This document shows positions 1 through 5,101 of a DNA stretch of 5,101 bases, piece by piece. The translations under genes were made by a program, and so were the position numbers. Positions within the stretch are counted from its first letter, which is position 1; each line of letters begins with the position of its first letter. Origin of the DNA: a virus. Taxonomy: Duplodnaviria > Heunggongvirae > Uroviricota > Caudoviricetes. The stretch lies in IMG/VR virus record IMGVR_UViG_3300029043_000076; one strand, 5' to 3'. Under the pieces are notes generated by a model. That model searched no databases. It saw nothing but the letters and a program-made list of their open reading frames with translations, and had not been told where the DNA came from.

Positions 1-1
1 T

Positions 2-103
2 CTAAAAACTAGTATTAAGACTATCACTTATTTAAGTGATATTGGTTGTCTGGAGATTCAGGGGGCCAGTCTAGGCGGAACGGTCAGAGAGATTGAGGTA
101 TGA
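2..103 (+). CDS. 3' end of upstream gene (partial; by position the endolysin of the lysis cassette); stop TGA at 101-103 overlaps the Rz start (ATGA)
   Basis: The frame starting at position 2 is open from the window edge to TGA 101-103, while the other two + frames hit stops at 3-5 and 10-12. The last 9 codons (GGTVREIEV) resemble the lambda R C-terminus (GGTVREIDV, from memory); the upstream 24 codons do not, and are AT-rich. The gene upstream of Rz in lambdoid phages is normally the endolysin. Confidence 0.4.
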   Translation, partial: LKTSIKTITYLSDIGCLEIQGASLGGTVREIEV

Positions 104-567
104 GCAGAGTAACCGCGATTATCTCCGCTCTGGTTATCTGCATCGTCGTCTGCCTGTCATGGGGTGTTAATCATTACCGTGATAACGCCATCGCCTACAA
201 AGAACAGCGTGATAAAAAAATCAGTGAGCTGAAGCAGGCGACCGCCACCATTACTGACATGCAGCAACGCCAGCGTGCTGCTGATGTACTCGATGCTAAA
301 TACACGAAGGAGTTGGCTGATGCGAAAGCTGAAAATGATGCTCTTCGGCGCAAGCTTGATAATGGTGGTCGGGTGCTCGTCAAAGGAAAATGCTCTGTGC
401 CATCCTCAGCCGAAACCTCCAGCGCCTCCGGCATGGGCAATGATGCCACCGTCGAACTCTCTCCAGTTGCTGGACGAAACGTTCTCGGTATCCGGGACGG
501 AATCATCAGAGACCAGACAGCACTGAGAACGCTTCAGGAATATATCAGGACGCAATGCCTTCGATGA
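100..567 (+). CDS. Rz: Rz i-spanin (inner-membrane spanin subunit)
   Basis: 155 aa ORF. N-terminus [21 protein letters not shown] is nearly identical to remembered lambda Rz ([21 protein letters not shown]), followed by a shared [19 protein letters not shown] segment. N-terminal transmembrane helix plus charged helical periplasmic domain. GAGG lies just upstream of the ATG. Confidence 0.9.
   Translation: MSRVTAIISALVICIVVCLSWGVNHYRDNAIAYKEQRDKKISELKQATATITDMQQRQRAADVLDAKYTKELADAKAENDALRRKLDNGGRVLVKGKCSVPSSAETSSASGMGNDATVELSPVAGRNVLGIRDGIIRDQTALRTLQEYIRTQCLR
320..526 (+). CDS. Rz1: Rz1 o-spanin (outer-membrane lipoprotein), embedded in the +1 frame inside Rz
   Basis: 68 aa [24 protein letters not shown]... 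lying entirely within Rz in another frame. Signal peptide with lipobox VVGC, then proline-rich [16 protein letters not shown], matching the remembered lambda Rz1 pattern (MLKLKMML...VVGC...PPPPPAWIMQPPP). AAGGAG at 305-310 sits 9 nt upstream of the ATG at 320. The ORF track starts this frame at 275; 320 is the homology- and RBS-supported start. Confidence 0.8.
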   Translation: MRKLKMMLFGASLIMVVGCSSKENALCHPQPKPPAPPAWAMMPPSNSLQLLDETFSVSGTESSETRQH

Positions 568-707
568 TAGCGATAATTTTACTCATCATCCTTCACATCT
601 GGCTCTGTAGACAGGGTGGTGATCACTTCTGGAGTGAATCCAGATTAAACATCTCATTGCTGATGCTTGAAGTTGAGCATCTGGCGCGCGGTAAGGGGCT
701 GCGTTGA
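564..707 (+). CDS. Hypothetical small hydrophobic peptide (47 aa), start overlapping the Rz stop (ATGA)
   Basis: Translation [47 protein letters not shown]: hydrophobic N-terminal stretch, then a charged tail. ATG 564-566 overlaps the Rz TGA 565-567. A terminator-like hairpin follows 35 nt after its stop. Against it: several rare codons (ATA x2, AGA x2, TTA), an AT-rich segment, and no homolog that I recognise. Confidence 0.2.
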   Translation: MIAIILLIILHIWLCRQGGDHFWSESRLNISLLMLEVEHLARGKGLR

Positions 708-741
708 AATAAGAGCCAGTCATTACAAATACCAGGATTTA

Positions 742-768
742 GCCTCGTATTCGCGGGGCTTTTTATTG
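742..768 (+). terminator. Candidate intrinsic terminator: GCCUCGU / AUUC loop / GCGGGGC followed by UUUUUAUU
   Basis: Seven-pair stem (5 Watson-Crick plus 2 G-U) between 742-748 and 753-759, tetraloop 749-752, then a T-run at 760-767. Confidence 0.4.
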
Positions 769-778
769 CCATTACAAA

Positions 779-800
779 AGCCACTCCCTACAGAGTGGCT
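779..800. terminator. Perfect 8-bp hairpin AGCCACTC-(cctaca)-GAGTGGCT, possibly a terminator for either strand
   Basis: Perfect inverted repeat 779-786 / 793-800 with a 6-nt loop. Followed by TTGATAAT on the + strand and by TTTGTAAT on the - strand; both T-tracts are weak. Confidence 0.25.
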
Positions 801-824
801 TTGATAATGGCTTATACCCTACAC

Positions 825-850
825 GGGATAACTTAACTGATATCCCTTTT
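825..850 (+). terminator. Hairpin GGGATA-(acttaactga)-TATCCC followed by TTTT
   Basis: 6-bp inverted repeat 825-830 / 841-846 with a 10-nt loop, then TTTT at 847-850. Low-GC stem, so weak. Confidence 0.25.
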
Positions 851-894
851 AACGGATAAAGGTATTCAAGCCTGACACATCATGCGCTGTATCG

Positions 895-985
895 TCGCCG
901 TATTCCCGTATTAACAGAGACCGTAGCCCGACGGGGAACTCCTTCTGCGAGAGTGTGCGGGAATAATCAAAAACGATGCACACCG
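895..985. other. Non-coding element with dyad symmetry (arms TATTCCCG 901-908 and CGGGAATA 958-965); candidate structured RNA or protein-binding site
   Basis: 8-bp inverted-repeat arms separated by 49 nt. The stretch GACGGGGAACT..CTGCG.GAGTGT.CGGGAATAAT.AAAACGATGCACAC.GGGTTT closely matches, as far as I can recall, the lambda sequence lying between bor and the ORFs upstream of cos. No ORF frame is conserved across it. Confidence 0.3.
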
Positions 986-1190
986 GGTTTTTACCGCGTT
1001 TATGGTTCGCGGGTTTGTCCCTCATGCTCGCCAGTCCTGTGCGGGGGTGGAAGAAACAGGATACTCACACAGATTCTTGTGGGCACGATGCTATTCCTTT
1101 CTGGATTATCCCGATGCCATTCATGCAAGGCGCTGTATCAGACGTTCGTCATGGCTGTCAGGCTGACGGGTCCTCCCGGTGGGGTGGCCT

Positions 1191-1382
1191 GCCACGGGGC
1201 GGGAGCGTCGCGGAAAAAGGCTAGTTTTTGCATTTTTATTGGCCACCATCATCTTTGCATCTTATTGATTATTAATGGTTATTTGTTTTTTGCATGTCGA
1301 ATTGAGTGTTTTTTGTTCGACATCGAACGCGTTTTCTTAAAGTTGTTCGCACGATGCATGTTTAAAGCTCTCCGGAGGAAAT
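1191..1382. other. cos site: candidate cosN nicking region (12-nt cohesive end about 1197-1208) plus cosB-like region with repeated motifs upstream of the small terminase gene
   Basis: ACG|GGGCGGGAGCGT|CGCGG at 1194-1213 aligns with lambda cosN ACG|GGGCGGCGACCT|CGCGG: identical flanks, 8 of 12 identical in the overhang. It lies 186 bp upstream of the Nu1-like ATG (about 190 bp in lambda). The interval contains TTTGCAT direct repeats at 1227-1233, 1254-1260 and 1289-1295, an AT-rich block at 1261-1290, and the inverted repeat GTTCGA-CA-TCGAAC at 1315-1328. Confidence 0.5.
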
Positions 1383-1874
1383 ATGGATCATGAGTTGAAA
1401 AACCTGGTGCTGAATATTAATCAACTGGCGGCTTTATCTGGTCTGCACCGCCAGACTGTCGTGGCAAGACTGAAAAACATTCGTCCCGCTGGTGGACATG
1501 ACAAACTCAAGCTATACCGGTTGACCGATATTCTGACTGAATTTATGGGGTTACCACCGCCGGTTGCTGAGGGCAAAATGGATCCACATGAACGCAAAGC
1601 CTGGTATCAGTCTGAACGTGAGCGTCTTAAGTTCGAACAGGAAACGGCACAACTCATTCCGGCCAGTGATGTCAGACGGGAGTTTGCCATCTGGGCAAAA
1701 GCGGTCGTGCAGGTGCTGGAGACATTACCGGATATTCTGGAACGTGACTGCGGCCTGCAGCCTGCCGCTGTGAGCCGTGTTCAGTCCATTATTGATGATC
1801 TGCGCGATCAGATAGCCCTGCGGGTGACCGAAGCAGGTGCGGATGATGAGGAGGAATTACAGCAGGAGGAGTAA
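1383..1874 (+). CDS. Terminase small subunit (Nu1-like)
   Basis: 163 aa, immediately upstream of and overlapping the large terminase (TAATG). N-terminal helix-turn-helix-like segment LNINQLAALSGLHRQTVVARL, then a PAGG...LY motif comparable to lambda Nu1 (KKQLADIFGASIRTIQNW ... RGGGKGNEVLY); acidic C-terminus. GGAGG at 1374-1378 sits 4 nt before the ATG. Confidence 0.85.
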   Translation: MDHELKNLVLNINQLAALSGLHRQTVVARLKNIRPAGGHDKLKLYRLTDILTEFMGLPPPVAEGKMDPHERKAWYQSERERLKFEQETAQLIPASDVRREFAIWAKAVVQVLETLPDILERDCGLQPAAVSRVQSIIDDLRDQIALRVTEAGADDEEELQQEE

Positions 1875-3976
1875 TGCTGAATCAGGAAACCGCAAAGGCA
1901 GCACGAACCGATTCAGGTTATATCCTTCGCGCACCGAGACGAATGCGGGTTGCTGATGCCGTTGCTCAGTATATGCGGGTGCCCATGGGGGCAGGGAACT
2001 CAGTCCCGTGGGATCCGCTGGTGGCACCGTATGTTATTGAGCCGATGAACTGCCTGGCCTCGCGTGAATACGACGCAGTGATATTTGTTGGCCCGGCACG
2101 AACCGGCAAGACTATCGGCCTGATTGACGGCTGGGTGATTTACAACGTGATTTGCGACCCTGCGGATATGCTGATCATTCAGATGACGGAGGAAAAAGCC
2201 CGCGAACACTCCAAAAAACGACTCGCCAGAACGTTTCGCGTCAGCCCGGAAGTGGTCAGTCGCCTGAGTCCGAACAAAAATGACAACAACGTTTATGACA
2301 GAACATTCCTTGCTGGCAACTACCTGAAAATCGGCTGGCCGTCAGTCAATATCATGTCCTCATCAGATTATAAATGCGTCGCGCTGACGGATTATGACCG
2401 TTTTCCGGAAGATATTGATGGCGAGGGGGATGCTTTCTCTCTTGCCTCAAAACGTACCACAACATTTATGTCCAGTGGTATGACGCTGGTGGAGAGTTCC
2501 CCCGGCAGGGATGTGAAGGATGTGAAATGGCGACGGACTTCACCGCATGAGGCTCCACCAACCACTGGGATACTGTCGCTCTATAACCGTGGCGATCGCC
2601 GTCGCTGGTACTGGCCCTGTCCACACTGTGGTGAGTATTTTCAGCCCTGCGGCGATGTGGTTGCTGGTTTCCGTGATATTGCCGATCCCGTGCTGGCAAG
2701 TGAGGCGGCTTATATTCAGTGTCCTTCCTGTTCAGGACGGATTATGCCTGAACAAAAACGTGAGCTGAACGGACGTGGGGTCTGGCTGCGGGATGGTGAA
2801 TCCATCAATGCGGATGGCAGTCGTTATGGTGATCCCCGACGCTCACGTATTGCGTCATTCTGGATGGAGGGTCCGGCAGCTGCTTACCAGACACTCTCGC
2901 AACTCGTTTACAAACTGCTTACTGCAGAACAGGAATACGAGACAACCGGAAGTGAAGAAACACTCAAGACGGTTATCAATACCGACTGGGGATTACCTTA
3001 TCTTCCCCGCGCCAGCATGGAGCAACGAAAAAGTGAACTGCTTGAGCAGCGGGCAGAGCCAGTTCCTTCCCGCAGTGTGCCGGATGGCGTTAATTTCCTT
3101 GTGGCGACAGTGGATGTGCAGGCGGGACGTCATCGCCGTTTTGTGGTTCAGGTAACGGGCTATGGCAGCCGTGGCGAACGCTGGATTATTGATCGTTACA
3201 ACATCACGCAGTCATTGCGCGGTGACAGCGACGGGGAGAGCCAGCGAATTGATCCGGCCAGTTATCCGGAAGACTGGGATGTCCTGCTGACGGATGTTTT
3301 TCATAAAAGCTGGCCGCTGGCCTCCGATCCTTCTCAACAAATGCGACTGATGGCAATGGCGGTGGACTCCGGCGGTGAAGACGGGGTCACTGATAATGCC
3401 TATAAATTCTGGCGTCGTTGCCGTCGTGATGGCCTTGGTAAACGTATTTACCTGTTTAAGGGCGACAGCATCCGGCGCGCAAAACTGATCACCCGTACAT
3501 TCCCTGATAACACCGGACGAACGGGCCGACGGGCGCAGGCCGCAGGTGATGTACCGCTCTGGCTTCTTCAGACGGATGCCCTGAAAGACCGGGTGAATAA
3601 CGCGTTATGGCGTGACTCGCCAGGTCCCGGCTATGTGCATTTCCCTGACTGGCTGGGGAGCTGGTTTTACGACGAACTGACGTATGAAGAGCGGAGCAGT
3701 GACGGGAAATGGAGTAAGCCGGGTCGCGGTGCCAACGAAGCTTTTGACCTGATGGTGTATGCCGAGGCTCTGGTCATTCTGCATGGATACGAAAAGATCC
3801 GCTGGCCGGATGCACCGGAGTGGGCGAGCCGGGAAACCTGGCTGGAGTGTGTCCCGGACAGTACCGAACCGTCACCCTCACCGGAACCGGTATCCACGCC
3901 TGTTAAAAAACAAAAACGGAAGAAAACAGTAACTGACGATGTTAACCCCTGGCTGACTTCCGGAGGATGGTTATGA
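1874..3976 (+). CDS. Terminase large subunit (lambda gpA family)
   Basis: 700 aa. Walker A GPARTGKT (nt 2090-2113). CPHCGEYF motif with a second CPSCSG (nt 2618-2731) paralleling lambda gpA ACPHCGEE. Nuclease-region motif FLVATVDVQ comparable to lambda YLTAGIDSQ. AGGAGGAG ribosome-binding site directly upstream. Gene order Nu1-A-W-B as in lambda. Confidence 0.95.
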   Translation: MLNQETAKAARTDSGYILRAPRRMRVADAVAQYMRVPMGAGNSVPWDPLVAPYVIEPMNCLASREYDAVIFVGPARTGKTIGLIDGWVIYNVICDPADMLIIQMTEEKAREHSKKRLARTFRVSPEVVSRLSPNKNDNNVYDRTFLAGNYLKIGWPSVNIMSSSDYKCVALTDYDRFPEDIDGEGDAFSLASKRTTTFMSSGMTLVESSPGRDVKDVKWRRTSPHEAPPTTGILSLYNRGDRRRWYWPCPHCGEYFQPCGDVVAGFRDIADPVLASEAAYIQCPSCSGRIMPEQKRELNGRGVWLRDGESINADGSRYGDPRRSRIASFWMEGPAAAYQTLSQLVYKLLTAEQEYETTGSEETLKTVINTDWGLPYLPRASMEQRKSELLEQRAEPVPSRSVPDGVNFLVATVDVQAGRHRRFVVQVTGYGSRGERWIIDRYNITQSLRGDSDGESQRIDPASYPEDWDVLLTDVFHKSWPLASDPSQQMRLMAMAVDSGGEDGVTDNAYKFWRRCRRDGLGKRIYLFKGDSIRRAKLITRTFPDNTGRTGRRAQAAGDVPLWLLQTDALKDRVNNALWRDSPGPGYVHFPDWLGSWFYDELTYEERSSDGKWSKPGRGANEAFDLMVYAEALVILHGYEKIRWPDAPEWASRETWLECVPDSTEPSPSPEPVSTPVKKQKRKKTVTDDVNPWLTSGGWL

Positions 3977-4185
3977 ACCAGAATGATATCGAAGCCATGA
4001 TTCAGCGTTATACGGAAGCTGAAATGGCGGTGCTGGACGGAAAATCCGTCACCTTTAATGGTCAGCAGATGACCATGGAAAACTTATCTGAGATCCGGCA
4101 GGGACGGCAGGAGTGGGAGCGCCGCCTTGCGGCTCTGATTACACGACGACGGGGGCATCCCGGGTACCGGCTGGCGAGGTTCTGA
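3973..4185 (+). CDS. Head-tail joining protein (lambda gpW-like)
   Basis: About 70 aa between the large terminase and the portal. C-terminal RRRGHPGY resembles lambda gpW QRRRGPAGFYV. The ORF track starts at 3967, but GGAGG at 3962-3966 is directly adjacent to that ATG; the ATG at 3973 has 6-nt spacing and overlaps the terminase stop (ATGA), so 3973 is the preferred start. Its stop overlaps the portal start (TGATG). Confidence 0.75.
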   Translation: MNQNDIEAMIQRYTEAEMAVLDGKSVTFNGQQMTMENLSEIRQGRQEWERRLAALITRRRGHPGYRLARF

Positions 4186-5101
4186 TGGCAATTCTTGATG
4201 ATGTGATTGGCGTTTTTTCACCAGGATGGAAAGCGGCAAGGCTGCGTTCCCGTGCGGTGATCCAGGCTTATGAGGCCGTAAAAACGACGCGGACACACAA
4301 AGCCCGGCGGGAGAACCGAACTGCCGACCAGTTAAGCCAGTACGGGGCCGTGTCGTTACGTGAGCAGGCCCGTTACCTTGATAACAACCACGATCTGGTC
4401 ATTGGTGTATTTGACAAGCTGGAAGAACGGGTGGTGGGGAAAAACGGGATTATTGTCGAGCCACATCCGGTATTACGCAATGGGGCCATTGCCCGTGATC
4501 TGGCAGCGGAGATACGCACCCGATGGAGTGAATGGTCTGTCAGTCCGGAAGTCACCGGGCAGTTTACCCGTCCGATGCTGGAACGTCTGATGCTGCGTAC
4601 CTGGCTGCGCGATGGTGAGGTGTTTGCCCAGATGGTTTCCGGGCGCATAAACAGCCTGACGCCTTCTGCCGGTGTTCATTTCTGGCTGGAGGCGCTCGAG
4701 CCGGACTTTATTCCCATGACCAGTGATGAGAGCAACAGGCTGAATCAGGGCGTGTTTGTTGATGACTGGGGGCGTCCCGAAAAATATCTGGTGTATAAAA
4801 GCCGTCCCGTATCCGGGCGGCAGATGGAAACCAAAGAAGTGGATGCAGAGCGAATGCTGCATCTTAAATTTGTTCGCCGTCTGCACCAGATGCGCGGGAC
4901 GTCTTTGTTGTCCGGTGTGCTGATCCGCCTCAGTGCCCTGAAAGAGTATGAAGATTCTGAGCTGACTGCAGCAAGGATCGCCGCTGCTCTGGGGATGTAC
5001 ATCCGGAAAGGCGACGGGCAGAGCTATGAACCGGATGGTAATGGCAGCAAGGAGAATGAACGCGAGCTTACCATTCAGCCAGGCATTATTTACGACGATC
5101 T
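4185..5101 (+). CDS. Portal protein (lambda gpB-type), 5' partial, continues past the window end
   Basis: Open frame from ATG 4185 (GAGG 5 nt upstream) to the window edge, at least 305 codons with no stop. It sits where lambda gene B sits, directly after the gpW-like gene. It is absent from the ORF track only because it has no stop in the window. The assignment rests on gene order; I could not confirm sequence similarity to lambda gpB. Confidence 0.8.
   Translation, partial: MAILDDVIGVFSPGWKAARLRSRAVIQAYEAVKTTRTHKARRENRTADQLSQYGAVSLREQARYLDNNHDLVIGVFDKLEERVVGKNGIIVEPHPVLRNGAIARDLAAEIRTRWSEWSVSPEVTGQFTRPMLERLMLRTWLRDGEVFAQMVSGRINSLTPSAGVHFWLEALEPDFIPMTSDESNRLNQGVFVDDWGRPEKYLVYKSRPVSGRQMETKEVDAERMLHLKFVRRLHQMRGTSLLSGVLIRLSALKEYEDSELTAARIAAALGMYIRKGDGQSYEPDGNGSKENERELTIQPGIIYDD

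Noticed and set aside
195-506. 103-aa minus-strand ORF antisense to Rz and Rz1
   Set aside because: Antisense to two well-supported genes; Ser/Ala/Arg-rich translation typical of a reverse frame of GC-rich coding sequence.
631-645. GGAGTGAATCCAG, superficially like a tRNA T-arm
   Set aside because: It lacks the GTTC T-loop consensus and there is no acceptor stem or cloverleaf context; not a tRNA.
626-772. 49-aa minus-strand ORF in the gap
   Set aside because: No ribosome-binding site, low-complexity translation, and it overlaps the hairpins; judged a chance ORF.
852-1025. 58-aa minus-strand ORF (MRTKPANHKRGKNPVCIVFDYSRTLSQKEFPVGLRSLLIREYGDDTRHDVSGLNTFIR)
   Set aside because: Weak ribosome-binding site, lies across the dyad element, no recognisable family; more likely a chance ORF.
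976-1224. 82-aa + strand ORF with a signal-peptide-like N-terminus (MHTGFLPRLWFAGLSLMLASPVRG)
   Set aside because: No Shine-Dalgarno sequence (AAAAACG precedes the ATG), and it spans the putative cos cleavage site. The conserved ATGCACAC start appears to belong to the non-coding element, since I recall the lambda frame closing after about 18 codons. Kept only as a remote possibility.
1261-1290. Possible IHF site in the AT-rich block of cosB
   Set aside because: The closest match to WATCAANNNNTTR (minus strand AATCAATAAGATG) fails the TTR part; reported only as an AT-rich candidate bend site within the cos feature.
953-1393. 146-aa + strand ORF (GTG start) rich in Cys and His
   Set aside because: It runs through the dyad element, the putative cosN nick and the whole cosB region into the Nu1 start. 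It has no ribosome-binding site, and the composition looks like translated non-coding DNA.
1564-1773. 69-aa + strand ORF in an alternative frame inside the Nu1-like gene
   Set aside because: Fully internal to the small terminase in another frame; no ribosome-binding site and a basic, Ser/Arg-rich translation.
2000-3897. Minus-strand ORFs 2000..2209, 2466..2699 and 3667..3897, and + strand out-of-frame ORFs 2547..2768 and 2775..3155, inside the large terminase
   Set aside because: All lie within the strongly supported 700-aa terminase frame; the translations are low-complexity with no start signals.
4084-5002. ORFs 4084..4296 (-), 4360..4590 (+), 4373..4648 (-), 4473..4886 (-) and 4745..5002 (-) overlapping the portal gene
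   Set aside because: The portal frame is open from 4185 to the window end and sits in the conserved gene order; these are antisense or out-of-frame artefacts.

Overview
This window reads as the late-region junction of a lambda-like (lambdoid) phage or prophage from an enterobacterial host. It runs, all on the + strand: the 3' end of an upstream lysis-cassette gene, the spanin pair Rz with embedded Rz1, a roughly 0.8 kb gap with no convincing gene, a cos site, then the packaging and head genes (Nu1-like small terminase, gpA-like large terminase, gpW-like head-tail joining protein, and the 5' part of a lambda-type portal). The four packaging genes are chained by overlapping stop/start codons. 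I see no defence system, toxin cassette with a partner gene, CRISPR array, tRNA or transposase. The part most worth a second look is the gap between Rz and cos (568-1190), where lambda carries the moron bor. Here that slot holds a small hydrophobic ORF coupled to the Rz stop, three hairpins, and a dyad-symmetric element that I believe is conserved with lambda, though that comparison is from memory and unverified. All family assignments are from reading the translations against remembered lambda proteins; no search was run.
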